This document shows positions 33,767 to 44,498 of a stretch of DNA of 64,000 nucleotides, piece after piece. The first letter of the stretch is position 1; each line of letters starts with the position of its first letter. Position numbers and translations under genes: made by a program. This DNA is from Carpediemonas membranifera BICM (lineage: Eukaryota > Protista > Fornicata), in the NCBI GenBank assembly GCA_019828565.1, contig JAHDYR010000008.1:62001-126000 (forward strand). The letters run 5' to 3'. The notes under the pieces were generated by a model. That model did no database searches, had not been told where the DNA came from, and saw only the letters and a list, made by a program, of their open reading frames with translations.

Positions 33767-35341
33767 CTATCCCCTGAGGTCCAAGCGCTTCACCGCACAC
33801 CCCCCGCTCATCTGTCCAGTTGCCAGCCGCACCCTCGTCGGAGTCGGCACGTGCTTCTCATCAGACCCGACGCCCAGACACCCGTCGCGGTTATCCCCGA
33901 ACGCCCAGAGCGCATCGTCCGTCTCAAGCCAGTACGAAGGCAACCATGCGCCCCTAAACACGCCCCTGATCGTCCCTTGAGTCTCCCACGTGATGATCGA
34001 CTCCTTCGACCCGAAGCGGAGTCGAATTCCACCGCCGCGGAGTTCGCAGATCAGGAGATTGCCGTCGACCCAGACTGCTTCGACGTCCCATGGGAATGTA
34101 ACGCGTGTTGGTGTTGGGCAGTCTCGAGGGACGTAAGCACGCAAAACCCACGGGGCGACTCCGGCGACGAACAGGCCGCCTCCACTGACAAAGAACGCCA
34201 CGCCCTCCAGCCACACGCAGTCGTCCACCGGCAGAGGCACCCTGACGAACTTGGCCGTTGCGGTCGACCCCTCGCCGGCGGCCCCGTGGAGCTCCCCCGA
34301 GGCGATAAGGACCCTGCCACTCAGCATGGTACTGATCCCGAGAGAGGGGTGGAAGTCGACCGACTCGAGGGAGAATCCGGCAGGCAGCGGGATCTGTCGG
34401 AAAGTTCGTATCCGGCGCTCCGGCAGACCAACACCGAGCTCGCCATGCCTGTTGGTACCGGAAGCAATCGTCCCGCATGGTGTGCGGATGACTGTGAAGC
34501 AGTTCTTGACGAACATGGCGCAGACCAGCTCGTGCTTCCGCCACGTGGGCAACGCCTGTTCGAATGCGACGACAGCTGGGGCATCGGGGAATGTCAGCCG
34601 GCGAACGGGAGAGAACAGGCCGTCAACCCCGAGAGCGATGGCGTCGTTCCGTCCCCAAACGAAGATGCCCTTCGGGGTGAGTGCGAAGGTGCCGCTTCCC
34701 ACAAAGAGCGAGGACACCAGCGGGATGGCCACCCTGCCGTACTGCGATACGACCCTGCCATCCTCTTGGGGCAGACCAGTCTGGCCCTTGCCGTTGTCTC
34801 CACGGGAAAACAGCCGCCCCGCGAACATCCGAAAGTATGTGGGTGGGCTGACACCAGCAGAGTCCACAAGACCCTCGGACACCGCTAGCTTGTGCGAGTA
34901 GTGGAACTTCTTGCAGAGGAACCAAAGCTGGGCAGACTTGGTGTCGCCACACGAGACCTTCTCAGAGGCCTCAAGGTCGGGGTCAGCGCCAGCCCGCATG
35001 AGGGTCGCCCACATAGTGCCGTGGGTGAGTGTGTGCATGGTCGCGGGGAGGTTTCGGCCGGGTCTTGGGCATCCGCTGACGGCGAGAGGGGGACCACTGG
35101 AGAGATAACGGCGGATCTGTGCAATGAGAGCGGTGGCGGCAGCTGTCTCGCAAGAGAGAGACTCTATTCCTTCTGTTAGTTCGGGAATGGACGTTATTCG
35201 CTTCAATGGAGGTGTTGGCTTTAAAAGGCCACAAGCATCGCCGTACTCGAGCGAAAACGCCTTCGTTAGCAGCCCGGGAATATCAGCAGCAATCGAACCA
35301 GTGAGGGAATAAGCTCCATCTATCGACCGAGCCCATTCCAT
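33767..35341 (-). CDS. RCC1/BLIP-II-like repeat protein
   Basis: FVWGRND, SGTNRHGELGVG, WAFGDNRDGCLGVG...PTPTRV motifs. Confidence 0.7.
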   Translation of the reverse strand: MEWARSIDGAYSLTGSIAADIPGLLTKAFSLEYGDACGLLKPTPPLKRITSIPELTEGIESLSCETAAATALIAQIRRYLSSGPPLAVSGCPRPGRNLPATMHTLTHGTMWATLMRAGADPDLEASEKVSCGDTKSAQLWFLCKKFHYSHKLAVSEGLVDSAGVSPPTYFRMFAGRLFSRGDNGKGQTGLPQEDGRVVSQYGRVAIPLVSSLFVGSGTFALTPKGIFVWGRNDAIALGVDGLFSPVRRLTFPDAPAVVAFEQALPTWRKHELVCAMFVKNCFTVIRTPCGTIASGTNRHGELGVGLPERRIRTFRQIPLPAGFSLESVDFHPSLGISTMLSGRVLIASGELHGAAGEGSTATAKFVRVPLPVDDCVWLEGVAFFVSGGGLFVAGVAPWVLRAYVPRDCPTPTRVTFPWDVEAVWVDGNLLICELRGGGIRLRFGSKESIITWETQGTIRGVFRGAWLPSYWLETDDALWAFGDNRDGCLGVGSDEKHVPTPTRVRLATGQMSGGCAVKRLDLRG

Positions 35342-36007
35342 GCGACTTGAATTCTTTGGAGGATTGGTGGCCAGTGAAATCGGCCGAAATATTGCTTTGA
35401 CTCGCAAAGACCGCGGCCGATGCTCTCACGGATACCACAGCAGGCTGCTGTGGTCCATTTGGGCAGGTGGGGGTTTGACCTCAAGGCAGATGGGATCTGA
35501 CAGGCAGCGTCGGACCACCCCTGATGACGTCAGACAGACCTCATCGGCCTCCACACCGCCCTCTGCTTGCTGCCAACTTAAGTGACTGAAGAGCGTGTAG
35601 TCATCGATGCTGACAGTAGCAACGATCCAGCCCTCGCGGTCACCTCCAATTCTGCCTGAGCATCTCGACTATCTCACGAGGAAGTGATTGCCACCTACAG
35701 GCCAATCCTGGTGACCATGCAAGCGCCACAAGGTGCAGATACTGATATTGTTAACTAGAGAGGCCGCACGCGGCGGGGGGTGCAATGCTGCGGCAACCTC
35801 AGGGGACTTTTCAAAGAACAAGTCGAGGAAAGAAGTCCCCGGTCTGAAAAATTCGGTTGGATCTAAAAACTACCCGGAGGCAGTATTTGTGTGATCAAAC
35901 ACAAAAGAACATGAAACTTCACTTGAATTCGAGCTAGTCGAAGAAGACTGGTGCTGAAAAAATAAAATGCAAGAAAAAAAGAAGAAGGTGGAACTCAGTT
36001 TAGGAGC

Positions 36008-36933
36008 TTAGAAGTGGCCGGCCATGCAGCCCATGCTCTCGATGCCGCACTCATCAACACCGCGCTTGATCTTGAAGGTGCCACCGATACCCCAGTCATA
36101 GCCCCAAGAGTTGGCAACAGTCCAGTAGGGAGTGTTGTCCTCAACGCCCCAGCCGATGATCTTGATGGCGTGGCCACCCATCTCAGCGCCGGAGGTGTGG
36201 GAGTAGACACCGCGGGTATAGTAGTAGAAATCGCGATAGACGATGAAAGCAGCCTCGATGGGGCCGTAGTTGTAGATCTCATCCTGGATCTCCTCAACGG
36301 AGTTGAGCTGCTTGAAGGAGGTAGCGTAGTACTTCTGGGGGGCGGAGCCGTCCTCGCAGGTGGAGGGGCAGGCGGGCACGTCACCCTGGGCGGACTTGTA
36401 GGAAAGGCAAGAGTTGGGGACGATGCCGTAGTTCTTGATGTAGTTCCAGACGTTGTACATAGCACCACCGTTGCAGCCGTGGTCGGTGTGGTCGCAGGAA
36501 ACGAGCCACTGAGCGGAGAACTTCACAGACTCGCCCTTGGCGATGCAGTAGCGGTCAGAGGAGGACTCGGCGGCACCGAAGGCCCAGCAGGAGCCGCACT
36601 GGGCCTGGTTGCGGATCTCCTTGACGGTGGGGCAGGAAGCGCCCCACTTGTCGCGGGAATCGAAGGACTCGGGGAGGGTGTAATCAACCTTGAAGGTGGA
36701 CTCGCGGAACATGCGGGGGCGGCGAGCGGGAATGGTGCGCATGACCATGCGGGAGAGCTCCCAGTCAGACTTGCCAACGAACTGGTCGTGGATGCCGACC
36801 TGTGTGAGAAAAGAGAATGATGGCGTGAACAAACCTCGAAGGAAGGGTTGGATTGGCGGATCATCTCAGCCTCGTGCTGGGAGAGCTGAGCGAACACAGT
36901 GGCGACAATAGCCAAGGCAATGATGAGCTTCAT
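36008..36933 (-). CDS. Cathepsin B-like cysteine protease (C1A), 2 exons (intron 36800-36834)
   Basis: Signal MKLIIALAIV; 35-nt GTTTGT..CACACAG intron; QAQCGSCWAF, GCNGG, GGHAIKIIGWG, ANSWG. Confidence 0.95.
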
Positions 36934-38059
36934 GTCCGTTTCGTTTTTGTGGTAAAGCTGCACATGGATCCGAGATTTTGAGCACCATTTGATCCATCTC
37001 AAGTGGCAGATCGTGTTTCGCCTGTTGCGGCGTCTACGGGCTCCACGGCAGCAGATGAGCACCTGGCCAGCCTGAATCTTGGATTGACCAGCGTTGACCG
37101 GTTGTGACTGTCGCGGGTCTTGAACGGACGCGGCCAAGACGGCAGTAGGCAGGCGTTGAAACGTACTTGGTGACCTCTGCGCTACATATGTGGCAGAATT
37201 TCGCTGTCATCATTTTCAAGCTGTTGCAGAGTCAAGTTGAATTGTCTCGCGAATGGAAACGTGAGACAGCGCATCAGTAGTAGATAAACATCGGAACTTA
37301 AGTAACAACGACCAATATGAAAATGCTTGGGTGGTCGACCTGACGACATCATTTTGGGTCATCGATTCACACAAAACTGTCTCCATTGAACAATTGATCG
37401 AGGGTTCCATGTTCGTCCTGATGCACTGCCAGGGGCTAGACCCCCGAGGCCGAGTATCAGCATGGGTGACGGCAGGGTGTGGGCTTAGGGTCGGTAACAC
37501 AATTTCACTATTCGCAGCTTTAGGACTGAAAATTATGCGCCCACTGACTTACCAAGGACGCATTTGTCAGTCGCTCCATCCCTATCGTGCCAACTCATTT
37601 AATCAGATCAATACGGGAGCTGCTTTGACATCAGTCACCCTCCCACTGGCAGGGTGGTATCGTCTGGACACCTGGCCGTCCGGCTTTGAGTTAGATTGCC
37701 TTTTATCTTACCTTGCATAGTGTACTGAGTGCAGTTGCCGATGAGTTTATCCCGTTCCGGCAGATGATTCGCCGGCCACGCGATTTTCGCAGTTTATGGC
37801 AACGAGAGCACCACTCGAGCCCATTGGCACCCGGGGTGCTGAGACGCCCGAGAGGGCGCACGGAAACGTGCAGTTTATGGCATCAGAATTTCGAATGCCC
37901 GAAGGCACATCGGGCCTAAAGGAGCCCGAGAAGAATTGGCGTTACATCGCGCTGACAGGTTACCTCGGGTAACGGGCCGTGAGCGGAGGGCAATGAGATC
38001 GCCTCGCTCCGGCATGGTGATGCGCCGACCAGGCGAGCCGCGCAGTTTATGCGGGCAGA

Positions 38060-38586
38060 ATGGTAGAAAATTCGGAACATCCAGATCCGACGGCAACGAG
38101 GCTCAATAACCTAGAAGCCTCAATCGCTACCATCTCGCAACAGCTTGCAAAGCTTAATCCGCCTCCTCCGCCGCCCGAGACCGAGCCGCCGAAGGAATCT
38201 CAAATTGATTTCTTCCCTGAACAAGATGAAGCGGATATTGACCAAACACTGGCAGAGATGGATGCATACGGCGAGCTTCCGACAAAGAGACCACTTAAGG
38301 CGGAAGCAAAGTGGCTTCGCCGCGTGATGGTGATCGTCAACGCCCTCGACGACGAGCCGCTCAAAGCAAGACTCCTGGTGGAACTCCAAGCACGCCGTAC
38401 CCTTCTGGACCTCAAGGACGACAACTGGTCGGACGCAACCTGCGAACTGTTTCTCGACTTGTTCAACACGTCCCAGACCAAAACCCCCCGTGCCATCTCC
38501 TACTGCGCAGCCAAAGCCAGAGCCAAGGGTAAGAGAAAGGACCAGCCCCAGAACAAAGGGGGTTTCACAAGAAGCACAAGAAGTAG
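38060..38586 (+). CDS. YR1 ORF1 (Gag-like). As assembled it reads on into the YR frame; with one more G at 38558-38562 it stops at TAG 38584-38586
   Basis: Homologous to the YR2 ORF 51240-51794 (ELP.KRPLKAEAKWL, LDLKDDNWSDAT, YCAAKAR). Confidence 0.75.
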
Positions 38587-38615
38587 CCCTTGCCACAGAT
38601 GTTCAGTTCCCGTCA

Positions 38616-40634
38616 ATGAACAAAAAGTGGCCGGTGTGGGCAAGACTCGGTGCCTCCCCCGAGGTAGTAAGCTGGCTGCGGGATGGCGTCCCTATCCACC
38701 TCACCTCTGCGCCCCCTCCACCAGAACCGCAAAGGCGAGTGGACCCCCGCCTACTCCCGAAGATCGAAGAGCTAGTCGCCAAGGGCGTCCTCTCCCCGTG
38801 CCCGATAGACGAACTGCGTCACAGCGCACCCCTGTTCGCGGTGTCGAAGGGCAAAGACGATGTCCGCCCCGTGCACGACCTCCGAGCCCTGAACGAGTTG
38901 ACAGCAGAGCTGAGGGTGTTTCGTCTGTTCGGCATCAGACGGGCGGTCCGCAATCTGCACAAGAACGACTACATGATCAAGATAGACCTAGCATCGGGAT
39001 ACCACCAACTTGGCGTCGCCTCGCGAGACTCCCCCCTCCTAGGCGTGGTCCTACCGGACGGCCGCGCATTCAGGTACAACACACTCGGCTTCGGATGGAC
39101 AGCGGCGCCGTACGTGTTCCAGAGCACGACCATACAGCTTGCAAAGATCATCGCACACAGGTTCGGGGTGACCATCGCGGTCTATCTCGACGACTTCTTA
39201 GTGTCCCATGCCTCCCCATCGTACCTAGCTTCGGTCACCCCGCAGATCATCGACCTCATGCTATCGCTGGGGGCGATACCGGGCCTCAACAAGTGCGTCC
39301 TCACGCCGACCCAGCAGGTAGACTACCTAGGTGTCCACATAGACACCGCAAGCGAGTCCCTAAGAATCTCAAAAGACAAGGCCGAGACCTACACGGCCAC
39401 GATCGCCAAGGCCCTCCGGGTCGGGTCCATCACAGCTTCAGACTGGCAGAAGCTCCTAGGCCGTCTGTCATTCTTCGCAGGGACCACACAGTTCGCCCGC
39501 CTCGCACTCAGACCACTGCAGGCCACCCCTACAACGGAGACCGTCCACCTCTCCAGCCAAATCCGCAGGCAGCTGGCGGCGTGGCAAGTCCTCCTCCGCG
39601 ATCGCCCACCCAAGAGGTTCGCCGAAGCAAGAGCGGACTGGGAAATACGCGATACGCTCCAGATTTCTGTCACCTCAGACGCATCAACGTCCGGCTGGGG
39701 AGCATGCCTGTTCAATGGGGAGAAGGGAGCGGCATCACAGGGTGCCTTCCCCCCTCATCTCAAGGGGGAACACATTGGCGTCAAGGAGCTCTTCGCGATC
39801 GCTCAGGCGATCAATCTCGTGCCCCAGCAGGAGTCACGCTCCTCTCTCACAGTCTTTGCCGACAACTCAGCTGCCATCAGCTGGGTAAACAGACGGGGAT
39901 CGCCGAACCTCCCCCCAGCCGCACACCAGATCCTACAGGACATCTACAACACGGCAGAAACCAAGCGCCTCGACGTCCACTGCTTCCATATTGCCGGACA
40001 CCTGAATGTCCAGGCGGACAGGCTCTCCAGGTTCGCCAAGCTCGACTGGTCGTCACCCCGAGAAGTCTTGGAAACCATCATGCGCAAGTGGGGGCCGGTC
40101 GAGATCGACGTCACAGCACGCCCCGACAAGGTTCTGGCCTTACCAGGCTTTGCAGAAATAGCCTGGTCAATCCACGACAACGGCTTCCAGATGGACTGGA
40201 GGGGAGTCAGGATTTATATAGCTCCTCCTATAGCCCTTCTTGGAGTGACGTGTCGTCGCCTCCAGACAATACGCGCCTCGACCCAGACTGGGAACCCTCG
40301 ACACTGGAGATCAGCGGCGATAGTCCTGTGCCCGGACCTCAACTCGCCCGAGGTCCGAGCCATCAAACGTTTGACACCCCTCAAGTTGTACCTCAGAGTC
40401 CAGGCGAAACACCTCCTGCAGTCCGAGCTAGCCTGGACAGCGACAGACAAGGGCAAGATCCGCTTCGTGGCGCTTATCCTGAGGACCCGTTCCAAGCCCT
40501 CCTCGCTGACGACCGACTATCACATTTCAGAAACGAATCGTCGCGCCGCACAGCAGCGGGCTGGGTCGCCAAATTCCTCCAATCCCGCAACGCGAGCCAC
40601 TCACACGCGCAACAGCTCAAAGAGTTCCTTCTGA
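38616..40634 (+). CDS. YR1 reverse transcriptase-RNase H-adenine methyltransferase-like ORF
   Basis: RPVHDLRALN, KIDLASGYHQ, LGFGW, VYLDDFL, TSDAS..GWG, VFADN, HIAGHLNVQADRLSR, then DW..WGPVEID..DW...YIAPP (DIRS/PAT MT domain). Confidence 0.92.
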   Translation: MNKKWPVWARLGASPEVVSWLRDGVPIHLTSAPPPPEPQRRVDPRLLPKIEELVAKGVLSPCPIDELRHSAPLFAVSKGKDDVRPVHDLRALNELTAELRVFRLFGIRRAVRNLHKNDYMIKIDLASGYHQLGVASRDSPLLGVVLPDGRAFRYNTLGFGWTAAPYVFQSTTIQLAKIIAHRFGVTIAVYLDDFLVSHASPSYLASVTPQIIDLMLSLGAIPGLNKCVLTPTQQVDYLGVHIDTASESLRISKDKAETYTATIAKALRVGSITASDWQKLLGRLSFFAGTTQFARLALRPLQATPTTETVHLSSQIRRQLAAWQVLLRDRPPKRFAEARADWEIRDTLQISVTSDASTSGWGACLFNGEKGAASQGAFPPHLKGEHIGVKELFAIAQAINLVPQQESRSSLTVFADNSAAISWVNRRGSPNLPPAAHQILQDIYNTAETKRLDVHCFHIAGHLNVQADRLSRFAKLDWSSPREVLETIMRKWGPVEIDVTARPDKVLALPGFAEIAWSIHDNGFQMDWRGVRIYIAPPIALLGVTCRRLQTIRASTQTGNPRHWRSAAIVLCPDLNSPEVRAIKRLTPLKLYLRVQAKHLLQSELAWTATDKGKIRFVALILRTRSKPSSLTTDYHISETNRRAAQQRAGSPNSSNPATRATHTRNSSKSSF

Positions 40635-41392
40635 CCGAGGGTACCACGTCGGGCCCACAGTCGATACACAGGAAAGGCTACTGGATTTGCGAGGCCGCCC
40701 CACTCGTGTCTGACTGGCGCCCCCCGATCGCTGCCAAGCAGATAATCGCCGCCGCCCGGAACGTCGCCTCTGTAGAAGGCCTGACCGGGGGTGCGAAGCC
40801 TGTCACGTCCGCGAGAGTCCGCAGGGTCATAGACAGACGTCGGAAGTCACCCCAAGCCTTCCAGGCCGCCCTCTTTTCTGCTCTCTGCTTTATCACCGTG
40901 AGTAGAGGCGCAGAGATCTTTGGGCTCAGACGAAGAGACGTCGAGTTCGACGCTGATGGCAATGCCCTCCTTCTGTTCGCGAGAACTAAGACTGCCACAG
41001 GCGTCCGCAAGCTGGTACCAAACCAATCGTGGGCCCGCTTTAACCCAGCAAGGGCCCTGAAGGCATGGGTCCCCACGGCAACGCGCCGCGACGACGACCT
41101 CATCTGGCGGGCGATCACCTCAACCGGTGGTATTTCACTATCGAAGCCGCTACCGGCGTCAACCCTCCGCCACTGGATCCACCAGGCGTACGGCACCGAC
41201 ATTTCGTGGCACTCATTCCGCAAGGGCGCCACCACGGAGTTGGCGGTAGCCCACACGAGTACCGAAGTCCTCCTGTCCATGGGGACGTGGGCCTCCACGA
41301 AAAGCATGCTGAGATATATGGGCAACGGGGTCCGCACACACCCGGGGGTCCAGGGACACCTGGCCTCCATCCTTCTCCAACCACCACTTTAA
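40500..41392 (+). CDS. YR1 tyrosine recombinase domain (end of the long frame overlapping RT; start approximate)
   Basis: Catalytic R (VSRGAE), K (RTKT), HxxR (HSFRKG), W (GTW), Y (MLRY). Confidence 0.9.
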
Positions 41393-41650
41393 ATCTCTGA
41401 CGGGAGCTAGTGGCTGGGAGAGCTAGGTAGGGTGGGGCTGACACGCGTTACAACGGCAGATGTAAGCCACAACAGACATTCTTTGACGCGGTCTCTCGAG
41501 GAGACGGTCGGTTTGGGCTCGCAAGCGTGCCTGCAAGCCATTCCACTATGCTCGTTGCCGGTGGGTGTGCCATTGTTGGCTTGCGCAGGTAGATCTGTTT
41601 ACATAAACTGCACTGGCTCTCACTTCCCTCCTCAAGGCGAAGCTAGCCAG

Positions 41651-44473
41651 CTAACGGCGGCCATTGCCCCGGAACTTCCGCTTGTAACGTGCGAAGAGGG
41701 GCGTGAGACCTGGGTTGAGGCGTAGGTAGTCATCCAGGGCGGCGAGGCGGTCGTAATATGCGTTATACGGAATGTACGAGTCCTCGGAGTCTTCTAGGCC
41801 TTCCCAGTGGACGAGGAGCTCGAGGCGTCGGTTGCGCTCGCGGTGGCCGACGATGGCGGAGACTTGTTGTTCGTCTTGTTCGTATGCGGCGATGCGCTCG
41901 AGTGTCTTGAGGTCTGCTGTGCCTGGGTCGAAGCGAATGAGGCGGTCCTGGTGGACGAGCAGCTCGGACTTGGTGACGAGGTCACGGAGGACGAATGTGT
42001 TGGGGCTCTTCCCTTCCCTGAGGAGTTGTAGCGGGCCGCGGACTGGAGGCAGAATCTTGGATGGGGCCTTGTGAGGATATCTCAGGAGCACTAGGCGTTC
42101 GAGTTTCCAGTCGAAGTTGTCCGCCGGTTGGGTTTGTGCGGCCTTGTGACGCTCGTATGCGGCGATCTTCGCGCGGGCTGCGTCGTGCATGGCCTGTATG
42201 TCGGTGTGGAATGCGTTAATGGCCTGGATGGTAGGTGTGTCTTGCGTCGCCTTGGCGGCGCTGATGATGCGTGACTCCGGGAGGGCCGTGAGCGCGGACG
42301 TGTGTCCGAAAAGCAGCTCGAACGGCGTGAAGCCGGTAGTCGAGTGTGTCGAAGTGTTGATAATGTGTTGCACGATTGGGATAAGTGCGGGCCAGTCGGT
42401 CGTTTCTGAGTCTAGTAGCAGGGCGCGCAGTCTGCGCATGATGGTCCCATTGACTCTCTCGACAACGCCGTTACTCTGTGGGTGGTACGCTGTGGAGAAC
42501 CTGTGGTTCAGGCTGATCTTCTTGTTGAGAGCGGCGATGGTTGAGTTCTTGAACTGACTTCCCTGGTCTGTCTGGATCAGGCTGGGTGCGCCGAAGAGCG
42601 ACCACAACTGGAGCATCGCGTCGGCGGCTTCTTCTGCCGAGGTTGACGCAACCGGCTTGAGCACAGTGAACTTGCTGAAGACGTCGGTGAACACGATCAC
42701 GTGAGCGAGGCCATTCGTCTTTGGAAGCGGGCCGAGCGTGTCTATCTGCACCGCCTCGAATGGGCGGGTCTTCTGGGTCGTATGCCACTGGGCCTTGGCG
42801 ATGGGGTGGGATTTGAGCTTCTGGCAGACTGGGCAAGTCGCGACGTGCTCCGCGACGTCTGAGTTCATGGAAGACCAGGTCTTGCCGGCTTCCTTGAGAT
42901 GGGCGATCGTTTGTTTGATCGAAGCATGGCCGTTGGCTCCAGCGTGGGCCTGCTGAATGTCGAAGCGGTGGGTGCTGCTGGCGATTTCGCTGATCGCCGC
43001 GCCGCTGGGGCGGGAGAGGGCGTCCGCGACGACGTTAGTTGTCCCTGCGATATGCATGATGTCGAAGGGGTACTCGGATAGGATGAGTCTCCATCGCGTG
43101 AGCTTGCGCGTCCCTTCCTCAGCCTTGCGAATCATCCACACGATGTTCTTGTGATCTGTGAGTACGGTGAATGGCTTCAGCTTGAGAATCTGGCTAAACT
43201 CTGGCCGGGTGATGCAGTATATGACTGCGTAGAGCTCTTGCTCGACCGTCGCCCAGCGGCGTTGGGTCTCTGTGAACGTCTTTGAGAAGTACGCGAGGGG
43301 TTTCTTCGTGTCGCCCTCGTGTTGCCACAGCACTCCGCCGGCTGCGATTGTGGACGCGTCTGTCTCAAGTGTCCACTTGCAGGTCAGGTTGGGTAGTGCC
43401 AATGCCTTGTTGTCGGTGCACAGCTCCTTCAGAGCCGCGAATGCCTTGTCGTGTTCCTCAGTCCAAGGGAGCTTGTCTAGCTTCTTGGGTGACCCCTTGA
43501 GGAGGGCGTTGAGGGGGGGCTGTGGCTGAGCTGAGTTGCGGGAGGTAGTTTGCGAGGTGGTTAAACTTGCCCATCGTGCGTCTGAGCTCTGTGACGGTGG
43601 TGGGGGCGGGCAGCTCCTTCAGCGCGGCGACGCGGCCTGGGCTCACCGAGCGGCCGGAGCTGTTGATGATGAATCCGCAGACCTCCACTTCGGCGGCGCC
43701 GATGGTACATTTGTCCGCGCGGAGGCGCAGGCGGTTGTCCTTGGCTCTCTGGAGGGTGAGTCTCAGGGTGTTGAGGAATCCTTCTTCGGTCCGTGCGTAG
43801 AGGAATATGTCATCCACGTAGACCCGGTGGCCGGGGATGCCATCTAGCACGGCCTCCATCGCTCGTTGAAACTTGGAGGGGCGTTCTTAAGTCCAAACGG
43901 GACCCTGAGGAACTCGAATTGGTGCCCGGGGACTACGAACGAGGTAAGGTGGATGCTGGCCGGCTCCATCAGCTGCTGCCAGTATCCGGACCGGAGATCG
44001 AGTGATGCAAAGTAAGAGCATCCGCCGGCTTCGTGGGGCAGGTCCCTCAGATCGGGGAGGGGAAAGGCGTCGTCCTTCGTGGCGTCGTTAAGATCGTTGA
44101 ATGCGACGCAGAAGCGGGGTTCGCCGTTCTTCTTGGTTGCCATCGTGTGGCGGCTGGCGTGCTCGGACTGGCTGTCTCGTATGATGCCGAGCTTCTTCAT
44201 CTTCTCGATCTCGGAGAGGGCGGCTGAGCCAGCCTCTCCGACAAGCTGTCGAGGACGGCACTTGAGGTGAAAATCGCGTGTGAGTTCGATCTTGTGAGGC
44301 TGTAGTTTGCTGCCTTCGGGCGGGAGAGCCGGGTCGAACACCTCATCGAACTCCTCGACGATGCTTCGGACCTTGTTGGCGAACTCGGTGCCGTGGTCGT
44401 CCGGGATCGCGACGGCGAGCGAATGCTTCGAGTCCGAGGTTGACGCCGCTTCGAAGACGTCGGCGTCGATCAT
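41651..44473 (-). CDS. G1 Pol (RT-RNase H-integrase-chromodomain), with frameshifts near 43870 and 43510
   Basis: LDLRSGYWQ, PFGLKNAP, VYVDD, ETDAS, GHAS..CPVCQ, IDTLGP, TDQGSQF, YHPQSNGVVER, VSAIVGHR..LVHWEG. Confidence 0.88.
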
Positions 44474-44498
44474 GTTGTGCTCTTCTAGATCGTCCTTA

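Noticed and set aside
10577-36820. Many 100-370 aa overlapping or antisense ORFs (e.g. 16300-17400, 24438-25412, 25849-26877, 36014-36820)
   Set aside because: Expected shadows of high-GC3 genes, with no recognisable motifs.
38060-41392. The 1110-aa ORF as a straightforward single protein
   Set aside because: It depends on one homopolymer length that differs in YR2. It is treated as unresolved under the G-run finding.
43500-43880. Frameshifts inside RT/RNase H of G1, G3 and YR2, and in the LINE ORFs, as programmed recoding
   Set aside because: They fall mid-domain, often at G/C runs, in elements with identical LTRs. Consensus errors in repeats or recent decay are more likely.
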